Assembly (NCBI GenBank): GCA_038245785.1
Contig: JBBRSB010000023.1
Span: 16,512-80,511, forward strand
DNA from: Gloeobacterales cyanobacterium
GTDB taxonomy: Bacteria; Cyanobacteriota; Cyanobacteriia; Gloeobacterales; PMM-0068
Length of the DNA stretch: 64,000 nucleotides
Reading direction: 5' to 3'
The notes beneath the pieces were generated by a model. The model did no database searches. It saw nothing but the letters and a program-made list of their open reading frames with translations, and was not told where the DNA came from. Made by a program: the position numbers and the translations under genes. Shown in pieces: positions 1-8,517 of this stretch. Positions within the stretch are counted from its first letter, which is position 1, and each line of letters opens with the position of its first letter.

Positions 1-833
1 TGCCGGATAAAATGTCCTGTGTCCAAATAGCCTACGGCTTCAGCAATCCTCTGTATCGGGTGATCCGTTTGCACTAGCAGACGACGGGCCTCTCTCAGCC
101 GATATTGGATAATCCAGTTCAGGATGGTATGACCTGTTTCACGACGCACGAGATCAGTAAGGTAAGACGGAGAACGCCCAAGCGATTTAGCCACATCACA
201 AAGGCTAATTTGGCGATGATAGTTTGTTCTGATGAAGTGAAAGATCTTATCGAGTAAAAGCTCAGCCTGAGAGGAATATCTTTTTACCTGTGGAATGGAT
301 ATTGGTGCAGGAAGAACAGATGAAACAGGAGTCATTCTCGCGATATCAATAAGGCACAATAGAAGCAGATTGTGGGCCACTTCTATAAATTCAGAAGAAT
401 GCTCCTTAGATTCATTTTCTAAGTATACAAGTCTATTTTCCCAACGTAGATAGTCAATTGGGCTAATTTGAAAGTGTTGAATTCGTCTATCCAGTAAATC
501 GAAGAAGGTAGCTACTTTTGGAGATAGACTAAACAGATTTTCTCCCCTTAAGGCCGGTGAGTCAAAATCTACAATCCAGCCCTTTGCATTCTTGACATTC
601 TCTAAATCAAACATCGATTGAGGGGGAACTACTAAGAGATCTCCAGGCGCAGCCGTCACTCTGCCATAGTCTAAGTCATACCAGCCTTCCGCCTTTTCAA
701 TGAGAAAAATTTTGGTATGCGTAAATTTACAATCCAAAAATAGGGCCCCATCCATACGTTCTATGCCTACGTTTAGTAACATGGGAGAGAGTTGAGTATC
801 AGCAGTAGTGTTAATAGGATTGAATAAAGACAT
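1..833 (-). CDS. AraC-family transcriptional regulator (3' end runs off the window)
   Basis: Manual translation of the minus strand from ATG 833 (GGAGA RBS upstream): ...FIRTNYHRQISLCDVAKSLGRSPSYLTDLVRRETG...RLREARRLLVQTDHPIQRIAEAVGYLDTGHFIR, a double-HTH AraC signature; not in the ORF track because it is truncated. Confidence 0.9.
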   Translation of the reverse strand, partial: MSLFNPINTTADTQLSPMLLNVGIERMDGALFLDCKFTHTKIFLIEKAEGWYDLDYGRVTAAPGDLLVVPPQSMFDLENVKNAKGWIVDFDSPALRGENLFSLSPKVATFFDLLDRRIQHFQISPIDYLRWENRLVYLENESKEHSSEFIEVAHNLLLLCLIDIARMTPVSSVLPAPISIPQVKRYSSQAELLLDKIFHFIRTNYHRQISLCDVAKSLGRSPSYLTDLVRRETGHTILNWIIQYRLREARRLLVQTDHPIQRIAEAVGYLDTGHFIR

Positions 834-968
834 CTCAGTATCTCCAGCAACGTAGAAATCTAATTAGGTACAGAGCGAATAAGGGTAGACGTTCAGCTTT
901 CCCCATGTTCTGCACTCTGACCTATCTGACCGCAAGGTTATCTCTATTCGCGTGATAATTAAACCTAT

Positions 969-1058
969 AAAACTCATACAAAATCTCATCAAAATTTCAC
1001 ACAGAAAATCATCTAAAAACTCATATTAAATCTCATGCATACCCCATAGGTGTCTCAG
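969..1058. repeat. Array of about 8 phased degenerate direct repeats, consensus AAA(A/T)CTCAT, period 11-12 bp
   Basis: Units end at 977, 989, 1000, 1012, 1024, 1036, 1047, 1058 (aaaactcat, aaatctcat, aaatttcac, gaaaatcat, aaaactcat, aaatctcat, ataccccat, gtgtctcag) in the divergent araC / AAA intergenic region. Confidence 0.75.
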
Positions 1059-1297
1059 CATGAAATGAGAAAATAAAGCTGTGGACATTAAGCTGGGATG
1101 TCCGTCATGCGAGAAAGTGATACCCTGATTGGGTGTAAATCATTTCAAGGGCCGTCTGTTCCAAATACAGGTGCAAAGTGGTCTTTTACCCCTGTAGACT
1201 TCTAATTTTAGGCAAAGTAAGTAAGAATACGTACGTAGAACGACATAGCTAGTAGCTTTGTAGGTACAATCTGCACGTAAGAGGAGCGTTGAGCAAG

Positions 1298-2653
1298 ATG
1301 TCCCCAATAGCCTCTATCAACCTTGATACACTCCTTGAGATTGTTAACCACAAGCTGATTGAAGGTCAAAATCGTCCTCTCAACAGTATAGAAGTTCTTA
1401 TGCTGCGAGGCATCTGGCAATATCAGACCTATGGCCAAATTGCCCAAGCTGCTGGATACAGTCCTGGCTATCTAACGAATGTCGTTGCTCCAGAGATGTG
1501 CCAGAGACTCTCCCATCTCGTAGGAGAACGGGTTACCAAGAAAAACTGTCGGATGCTGCTAGAGTCCTACGCTGCTGTCCGAGCATCCCCTAACCCATCC
1601 CTACCCAAGAACCAAGTTTCACGCAAGACTGACCAAAATAGTTTTCCCTGCTATCCCAGCGGCGCAGTCCCTCTTGGCTCCCCTTTTTACATTGAACGTG
1701 TGCCTTTGGAGGAGCAAATTGCTCAAGAAATTCATAAGCCAGGAGCGCTCGTAAGAATTAAAGGGCCTCAGGAAATGGGCAAAACCTCCTTACTCCTGAG
1801 AGTGCTGGATGATGCCGAACGTCGAGGATATCGCACCGTCAGCCTAAACCTGGAACAAATCGACCAAGATATTTTGAGCGATCTGAATCGACTCTTGCGT
1901 TGGCTTTGCGTTACGGTTTCCCGCCAGCTAAAACTCGACCCCCTTTTGGACGAATACTGGGATGAGGATATAGGCAGTAAAGTCAGCTGCAGCTTCTACT
2001 TCCGCAGCTACCTCTTAGAACTCATAGAAGCTCCTATCGTCTTAGCTTTGGACGAGGTGAACCAAATTTTTGAGTATCCCCATGTAGCGAAGGACTTTTT
2101 ACCACTTCTGCGCTCTTGGTATGAAGAATCCAAACGACTCCCCATTTGGCAAAAGCTTCGGCTGATCGTGGTCCACTCGACGGAAATTTACGTTCCTCTC
2201 CAGTTGAATCAGTCCCCGTTCAACGTTGGACTACCGATTCAGCTATCTGGTATTGCTCTAGGGGAAGTCCAGCAGTTGGCCCAACGCTACGGTCTTGATT
2301 GGACCAGTAATCAGGCCCAGCAACTGATGGCTCTGTTAGAAGGACATCCCGCCTTAGTGCATATTGCCCTCTATCATCTCAGCCACGGGGAAATAACCTT
2401 TGAACAACTCCTAGAAACGGCTCCTACCTCCTCTGGAATTTATAACCATCATCTACAGCGTCATTCTGCAGCTCTGGAGCAACAGCCAGAATTAGCCCAT
2501 GCTCTTCATACCGTCATGAACGCCGCAGAACCCGTAGCCTTAGAACCGATCTTGGCCTATAAGCTGAGCAGTATGGGGCTGATCAAGCCGCTCGGAAATA
2601 AAGTAGTTCCAGGTTGTGAGCTGCATCGCCAGTATTTTAAGAATCATGAATAA
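1298..2653 (+). CDS. N-terminal HTH + AAA_35 (AAA-like) domain protein, probable regulator
   Basis: N-terminal 'LNSIEVLMLRGIWQYQTYGQIAQAAGYSPGYL' HTH-like segment; 'PSGAVPLGSPFYIER', Walker A-like GPQEMGKTS, Walker B LALDEV; ATG 1298 preferred over TTG 1289 for spacing from GAGGAG. Confidence 0.85.
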   Translation: MSPIASINLDTLLEIVNHKLIEGQNRPLNSIEVLMLRGIWQYQTYGQIAQAAGYSPGYLTNVVAPEMCQRLSHLVGERVTKKNCRMLLESYAAVRASPNPSLPKNQVSRKTDQNSFPCYPSGAVPLGSPFYIERVPLEEQIAQEIHKPGALVRIKGPQEMGKTSLLLRVLDDAERRGYRTVSLNLEQIDQDILSDLNRLLRWLCVTVSRQLKLDPLLDEYWDEDIGSKVSCSFYFRSYLLELIEAPIVLALDEVNQIFEYPHVAKDFLPLLRSWYEESKRLPIWQKLRLIVVHSTEIYVPLQLNQSPFNVGLPIQLSGIALGEVQQLAQRYGLDWTSNQAQQLMALLEGHPALVHIALYHLSHGEITFEQLLETAPTSSGIYNHHLQRHSAALEQQPELAHALHTVMNAAEPVALEPILAYKLSSMGLIKPLGNKVVPGCELHRQYFKNHE

Positions 2654-3195
2654 GACTTAGGGGACCGTTGATTGTCTTCATGTCGAAATAGCTACTTAAA
2701 AGAAAGGCTAGAAACCTTGTTCATGGCGTGAGAAGAAAAATACAACTAAAAGTTAATACCTTTACCGAAAGATCGTTCAATTGACTTTCTAGTTGTTCTA
2801 GTGAATATTTAGTTGTGCGTAGTTTCTTCTCACAGACTAGAATTCTATATCGTATCCATTCCGACTAGCGTGCACTGTATTAGAAGGCTAAATGCAGATT
2901 TTGCCTAACTAGAGATAGGGAATCTTCATCAGGAATTGGTACTATAGGGTCGTTTAATAATAGCAAAGTTAAAGTTTTAATTTAATGTTTGCTGTTTGCC
3001 AAAGCCAAAGAGCATGCCCCCGACATCAAGGCAAATCATTGTTTTGCATAGCGTTTTAGTAGAAAATTACCCAGCGGATCTAATGCTTTATAGGATTTTA
3101 GTTTTTATTAAGTCATCCTAGATAGTGAAAATTGAAATCCTTAGAAATTACTCCAAAAGTCAAGCTGTACATCATTATTCTAGGAGAACTGAACT

Positions 3196-3831
3196 ATGGT
3201 AGAAACAAATTCACTAGATCGTATTCTCGATATTTTGGGAACCGAAGACAAGTTTGAGGCTCAGACGAAGCTAAAGGAGAAGTTTGGTGAAGAAAAGATA
3301 GAACATGCAGTAAATCAATGGTCAGTATTGTGTGCGTGGTCTTGGCTTGAGCCTGCTGATTATCCACCAAACGAACAACAAGATGGTGACCAGGAAAAGC
3401 TGCGCCGTGCCTTTATCAAGGCAATTAAAGCGACAGCATTGACCTTGATTAAGGAACATTACAAGCCGGGTGCTTTTATGAAGGAGATTACAGCAAGAAG
3501 TAACGACCTGTCTAATATTTTGAATGGAACAGAACCGAAGGACTGTAAAATCAAATTGCCTGAGCTCTATAAAAAGCTCACAAGCAAGAAGGACTATATT
3601 TTTACCAAGGAGCTTACTGATAGCTTCTTATGGTTAACTAGTGTTGATCGATTTAATGGTATGTGTGCAGGCTATCTTCCTGAAAAAAATAAGATTGTAC
3701 AAATATTGGCTTATCCACCCCGTCCCACTACATCAGCTCTACCTAAGGAAGAATTGTTGAGCTGGTGTGAACAGAGTAAGAAAGACGAATACTATCCTCC
3801 TACTCCTTATATTCCCACCTGCAATTGCTGA
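3196..3831 (+). CDS. Putative RiPP precursor/substrate protein with NHLP-like leader features and C-terminal CxC
   Basis: AGGAGA RBS; directly upstream of the YcaO gene; 'SVLCAWSWLEP' and 'ILAYPPRPTTSALPKEELLSW' resemble the nitrile-hydratase-alpha/NHLP motifs 'VVARAWxDP' and 'LVLPxRP...LSEEEL'; ends YYPPTPYIPTCNC. Confidence 0.65.
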   Translation: MVETNSLDRILDILGTEDKFEAQTKLKEKFGEEKIEHAVNQWSVLCAWSWLEPADYPPNEQQDGDQEKLRRAFIKAIKATALTLIKEHYKPGAFMKEITARSNDLSNILNGTEPKDCKIKLPELYKKLTSKKDYIFTKELTDSFLWLTSVDRFNGMCAGYLPEKNKIVQILAYPPRPTTSALPKEELLSWCEQSKKDEYYPPTPYIPTCNC

Positions 3832-3855
3832 GAATTGTAAATTAGTACATTATGA

Positions 3856-3895
3856 AATGGGTATCTTTACCATTTAAGAGGGCAAGATACTCATT
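3856..3895 (+). terminator. 12-bp stem-loop downstream of the precursor gene (partial terminator or mRNA stabiliser)
   Basis: aatgggtatctt (3856-3867) pairs with aagatactcatt (3884-3895), one G-U pair; no clean U-tract. Confidence 0.55.
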
Positions 3896-4010
3896 CCACT
3901 AGAATTGTAGTTTATTGTGTTTTAATTATTAAGTTCTTATTTGCTCAACAGGTTGGCTAGCAGATCAGCTCACGCTCAATCAGGCGCGATTTACCTTACT
4001 TGATTGCAAC

Positions 4011-6293
4011 ATGCATCAGCATAATAAACCAAAACTTAAGGAATATTTTCGACTGGCAACTGAAGCGCCAGAGAATGTGTTTCTTATGTCTGAGAGGAAA
4101 ACCATATTACTTTGCGATCGTCTTTATGTTCAGTTGATTCCTTTACTCGACGGTTGTCATAGTGTTGATGAAATTATAGAACAGTTGCAAGATCAAATTC
4201 CTCCTGCTTATATCTATTACGGGCTGGCTCATCTAGAGAACCAAGGCTATTTGAGAAACAGTGACGAGCTTATCTCTCCATCATTAGCCATCTTTTGCGA
4301 TCACTTGAATATTAATGCCAAGACTGCTTACCATCAGTTGCAAAATACTAAGGTGACCGTCAGGGCAGTCGGCTCTGTTTCTACTTCAGAATTCGTTAAA
4401 ATTCTCAAACTGCACCAAATCCAGGTCACTGAAGATAAGGATTTGGAGACTGAACATGCTGATTTAAAGGTTGTGGTATGCGATGACTACTTACAAGTAG
4501 AGCTAGCAGCCCTAAATCAGGCAGCACTCGATCATTCGTGTCCTTGGCTTCTGGTTAAGCCCATCGGAACTGTGATTTGGCTTGGTCCACTATTTTATCC
4601 AAGAAAAACAGGCTGTTGGGAGTGTTTAGGGCAACGCTTAAAATGCAACCGCCCCGTTGAAGGATATCTAGCGCGACATACAGACACTGTAATACCTCTA
4701 ACACCCTATCTCAATACCATACCTGCAGTTTTGCACACAGCTTGGGGAATGGCAGCAACTGAGATCTTGAAATGGATTGTCCAAGATCGGCAAAATAAAA
4801 GGCTGGAAGGCACCTTAGTCACCCATGATACGCTAACGCTGGAAACTCAGAGCCATACGCTCATTAGGCGTCCTCAATGCCCTAGTTGTGGACTCATGAA
4901 AGGCAGCCGCGCAAACCCAGTTCCTTTGATTCTTGGCAATCGCAAGAAAACTTTTACTGCTGATGGTGGGCATCGTTGCAGTTCGCCGGAAGCAACTTTG
5001 AAAAAATATCAGCACCACATAAGTCCTATCACAGGAATTGTTCGAGAATTACAGAAGTTACCCTATAGCCTGGATGGTTTGCAGCATACCTATGTGGCAA
5101 AACACCATTTCATCTCAATGTTTGATGATCTTAAAATGCTGACTCAAAACATTGGAGGCAGAAGTGGAGGAAAAGGAAGAACGGACACACAAGCACGGGT
5201 TAGTGCTTTTGGAGAAGCTATAGAAAGATATTCTGGAGTTTTCCAGGGCGATGAAATCAGAATCAAAGGGAGCTACCAGCAACTCGCTGAATCGGCTATT
5301 CATCCCAATTCTTGTATGAATTTTAGTCAAGCTCAATACACAAACCGCAAACAATGGAATGACAGTTGTCAAAGTCCTTTTCAAAGCGTTCCCGAACCTT
5401 TTGATGAATTAAGAGAGATCGAGTGGACGCCCGTTTGGTCTTTGACCCAGCAACAGTTTAAGTATCTGCCAACTGCTTACTGCTACTTTGGCTATCCCAA
5501 ACCGTTAAAACCTGATTGTTGGGCAGATACAAACGGTTGTGCAGCGGGGAATACCTTAGAAGAAGCTATCCTGCAAGGTTTCATGGAATTGGTTGAGCGC
5601 GATAGTGTTGCTCTGTGGTGGTACAACAGGATTAAAAGACCTCACGTCAATTTAGACAGTTTCGATGACCCTTATTTCTCAGCTCTACAACGTTCCTATC
5701 AATCGATTAATCGGGAACTGTGGGTTCTTGATATCATCAGTGATCTGAATATTCCAACCTTTGTTGCTGTTAGCCGCTGTTACGATCGAAAAACAGAAGA
5801 TATCCTTTTAGGTTTCGGTGCACATTTTGATCCTAAGATCGCTCTTGGAAGAGCATTGACCGAAATTAATCAGCTCCTGCCTGCGGTTTTAGAAACGAAT
5901 GCTGATGGTGCGTCTCGGTATGCTTCTTCAGCTGAACATTTAGCACTCAGTTGGTGGAAGACAGCAACAGTGCAAAATCAGCCCTATCTAAATCCTGATA
6001 AAAGTAGTGTGCCCAAAGTATATTCTGACTATGAGCACGTATGGAGTGATGATTTGCTTGATGACATTCGTAGATGCCAGCAATTGGTGGAGCAAAGGGG
6101 AATGAAAATGCTAGTGCTAGATCAAACCCGGAGTGATATTGGATTGAAAGTAGTTAAAGTTATTGTGCCAGGAATGCGCCACTCTTGGAAACGTCTAGGA
6201 CCAGGACGACTTTATGACATTCCGGTGCAATTAGGATGGCTACAAGAACCAATGCCAGAAGAGAGCCTTAACCTCTTGCCAATGTGTCTATAA
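4011..6293 (+). CDS. Fused RRE/E1-like + YcaO cyclodehydratase (PatD/TruD/LynD-like TOMM heterocyclase)
   Basis: PWLLVKPIGTVIWLGPLFYPRKTGCWECL, RRPQCPSCG, DGGHR, SGGKG, GEAIERYS, NGCAAGNTLEEAILQGFMELVERDS, RALTEINQ, VKVIVPGMRH, GRLYDIPVQLGW. Confidence 0.95.
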   Translation: MHQHNKPKLKEYFRLATEAPENVFLMSERKTILLCDRLYVQLIPLLDGCHSVDEIIEQLQDQIPPAYIYYGLAHLENQGYLRNSDELISPSLAIFCDHLNINAKTAYHQLQNTKVTVRAVGSVSTSEFVKILKLHQIQVTEDKDLETEHADLKVVVCDDYLQVELAALNQAALDHSCPWLLVKPIGTVIWLGPLFYPRKTGCWECLGQRLKCNRPVEGYLARHTDTVIPLTPYLNTIPAVLHTAWGMAATEILKWIVQDRQNKRLEGTLVTHDTLTLETQSHTLIRRPQCPSCGLMKGSRANPVPLILGNRKKTFTADGGHRCSSPEATLKKYQHHISPITGIVRELQKLPYSLDGLQHTYVAKHHFISMFDDLKMLTQNIGGRSGGKGRTDTQARVSAFGEAIERYSGVFQGDEIRIKGSYQQLAESAIHPNSCMNFSQAQYTNRKQWNDSCQSPFQSVPEPFDELREIEWTPVWSLTQQQFKYLPTAYCYFGYPKPLKPDCWADTNGCAAGNTLEEAILQGFMELVERDSVALWWYNRIKRPHVNLDSFDDPYFSALQRSYQSINRELWVLDIISDLNIPTFVAVSRCYDRKTEDILLGFGAHFDPKIALGRALTEINQLLPAVLETNADGASRYASSAEHLALSWWKTATVQNQPYLNPDKSSVPKVYSDYEHVWSDDLLDDIRRCQQLVEQRGMKMLVLDQTRSDIGLKVVKVIVPGMRHSWKRLGPGRLYDIPVQLGWLQEPMPEESLNLLPMCL

Positions 6294-6352
6294 TTCTCTG
6301 AATATTTTGGTTATTACTGAGTCTCCTATCCCAGCAAACGGTTTTGTATTTT

Positions 6353-7426
6353 ATGTTAAAGGGTTATCGAATCATTGATGCTGATGCTCACGTCCATGAA
6401 CCTCACACTATGTGGGCGGATTACCTTGAGCCTTCCTTTAGACACTTTGCCCCTTCATCGGATCTAAAGATCGGAGGGGAAGCAGTCATTAATCAGCTCT
6501 CTGAGCAGTATTTGCGTCAATGGACAAATCCAATTTTGCAAGTTGAGCCATTAGCAGGTTCTGACCCCCAAATCCAGGTGCAAGCCATAATGCAGATGGG
6601 TATTGACATTGCATTTATTTATCCAACATCACTTTTGTTTATAAGTGCTGTAGATACTATGGCACCTCAGCTAGCAGGTGCTTTTATTCGTGCTTATAAC
6701 AATTGGTTGCACGATTTTTGCAGTTTTAACCCTCAAATCCTTAAAGGTGTGGGGGGTATAAACCTTCATGCTCCAGAAGAAATGGTCCCTGAATTGTTGC
6801 GGGTTGTTGGATTTGGCTGGAAATCAATCTTTATACGCCCTAATCCTGTTAAGGGTCGCATCTTGAGTGATCCAGCTTATGAACCTTTCTGGCAAACCTG
6901 TGAGGAGCTAGAGGTCGCAATCTGTCTTCATGAAGGAACTCCCAGTCGTCTTCCTACTGTCGGAGCCGATCGCTTTAAAAGCCGCTTCGCTTTGCGCTCC
7001 TGTTCACACCCCATGGAACAAATGATGGCATTACTTACCTTAATAGAAGGAGGTGTCCTTGAACGCCATCCTACACTCAAAATTGGTTTTCTAGAGTCAG
7101 GAGGGGGTTGGTTACCCTATTGGTTATGGCGACTCGATCAAGAGTACGAGAATTCACGCTGGGAGCTCGCAAACAATGTGAAGATTAAGCCTTCAGAATA
7201 TTTTCATCGTCAGTGTTTTATTTCTATTGAACCTTCAGAGCCATATCTTGCCCAAATCCTTGATTATATTGGCTTAGATAATATTCTCTTTGGTTCTGAT
7301 TATCCTCACGGAGAGTATCAACCAGATATTGTTGATCAAGTTGTTGCCCTCGAAGAACAACTGTCACGAAAAACTATACAAAAGATTTTATGGGATAATC
7401 CTGCTCGCTTTTATGGGTTAGTGTAA
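6353..7426 (+). CDS. Amidohydrolase_2 family metallohydrolase
   Basis: IIDADAHVHEP, AYNNWL, LHEG, FLESGGGWLP, LFGSDYPH, ILWDNPARFYGL. Confidence 0.9.
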   Translation: MLKGYRIIDADAHVHEPHTMWADYLEPSFRHFAPSSDLKIGGEAVINQLSEQYLRQWTNPILQVEPLAGSDPQIQVQAIMQMGIDIAFIYPTSLLFISAVDTMAPQLAGAFIRAYNNWLHDFCSFNPQILKGVGGINLHAPEEMVPELLRVVGFGWKSIFIRPNPVKGRILSDPAYEPFWQTCEELEVAICLHEGTPSRLPTVGADRFKSRFALRSCSHPMEQMMALLTLIEGGVLERHPTLKIGFLESGGGWLPYWLWRLDQEYENSRWELANNVKIKPSEYFHRQCFISIEPSEPYLAQILDYIGLDNILFGSDYPHGEYQPDIVDQVVALEEQLSRKTIQKILWDNPARFYGLV

Positions 7427-7470
7427 AATTGTAAGACTGATTTCAAATCAAGACGAGAGGGGGGACTGAT

Positions 7471-8481
7471 ATGGCTAGCGAGCAGTTTCCGGTTGCAGGA
7501 GTTGATGAACAGATACTATTTGACTTGAGCTGCTCCAGAGTTATAGGTCCTGTAATAACATTAGCGCAAGAGATCAACCTATTTGAACTCTTTAATCAAA
7601 CACCTCAAACGATTGATAGCGTCGTCAAGAATCTTAAAGTTACACCTTTAGTCTCTGAAGCTTTCATCGCTGTTCTTGCTGCATTTGGGTTACTTCAAAG
7701 ACAAAACGATAAGCAGTTTAAGCTAACAGAAATTGCAAAAACGTATATGCTGCCAGAAAGCCCCTTTTTTTATACAGGGTTTTGTCCTCCGCAAGAATGG
7801 TATCTGGATCTGCTTCGCATGAAAGTTTTAAGTGGCGGTCAACCACCTATGCCACTAGCTGTTGGGATGAAACACCATAGAGTTGAGGTAATACGAAGTT
7901 TCATCGAGCGGATGCATATGATGACACTTCCAGCAGCAGCAAGTTTGGCTAAACAACCCGTTTTCGGAAGAATATCTCACCTCCTTGATGTTGGAGGTGG
8001 ATCAGGTTCACTTGCGATAGCTATTGCAGCAATCAACCCACAGATTCGATGCACAATTATGGATCTCGAACCTGTTTGTCAAATTGCACACGAAAACATT
8101 GAGAAGTATGGTTTGCAAGAACGGGTTACTACTGTTTCAAAAGACATGTTTGAAGATCCCTGGGGAGAAGAACCTGATGGCATTCTATTCGGCAATATCT
8201 TTCACGACTGGGATTTGGAGCGCTGTTATTTCTTAGCTAAACGAGCATTCGATGTACTCAAATCTGGCGGAAGTATCTTGATGCATGAAATGCCTTTAAA
8301 TGAAACAAAAGATGGCCCACTGACAGTAGCATGTCTATCTGCTATATTGCTGATGTATGAGAATGGTAAGCAATATACATTGAGTGAACTAGAAAAGATA
8401 ATGTCCTCAGTAGGTTTTATTAACTTTAAATCTACACCTACCTTTGTTTATTATCATCTAATCACTGCTTCAAAGCCATAA
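7471..8481 (+). CDS. SAM-dependent methyltransferase (Methyltransf_2 type with dimerisation domain)
   Basis: LLDVGGGSG motif I, 'KDMF', 'GNIFHDW', 'LKSGGSILMHE'. Confidence 0.9.
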   Translation: MASEQFPVAGVDEQILFDLSCSRVIGPVITLAQEINLFELFNQTPQTIDSVVKNLKVTPLVSEAFIAVLAAFGLLQRQNDKQFKLTEIAKTYMLPESPFFYTGFCPPQEWYLDLLRMKVLSGGQPPMPLAVGMKHHRVEVIRSFIERMHMMTLPAAASLAKQPVFGRISHLLDVGGGSGSLAIAIAAINPQIRCTIMDLEPVCQIAHENIEKYGLQERVTTVSKDMFEDPWGEEPDGILFGNIFHDWDLERCYFLAKRAFDVLKSGGSILMHEMPLNETKDGPLTVACLSAILLMYENGKQYTLSELEKIMSSVGFINFKSTPTFVYYHLITASKP

Positions 8482-8517
8482 TGTTTTTTAGCAGCTTTAG
8501 GCAGAGGGAGAATCATA

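Noticed and set aside
969-1058. Possible CRISPR array or iterons
   Set aside because: Units are 9 bp with 2-3 bp gaps, there are no unique spacers, and no cas or rep gene is in the window
4011-8481. Classical cyanobactin (pat/tru) cluster
   Set aside because: No PatA/PatG proteases, no PatE-type precursor with repeated recognition sequences, and no oxidase
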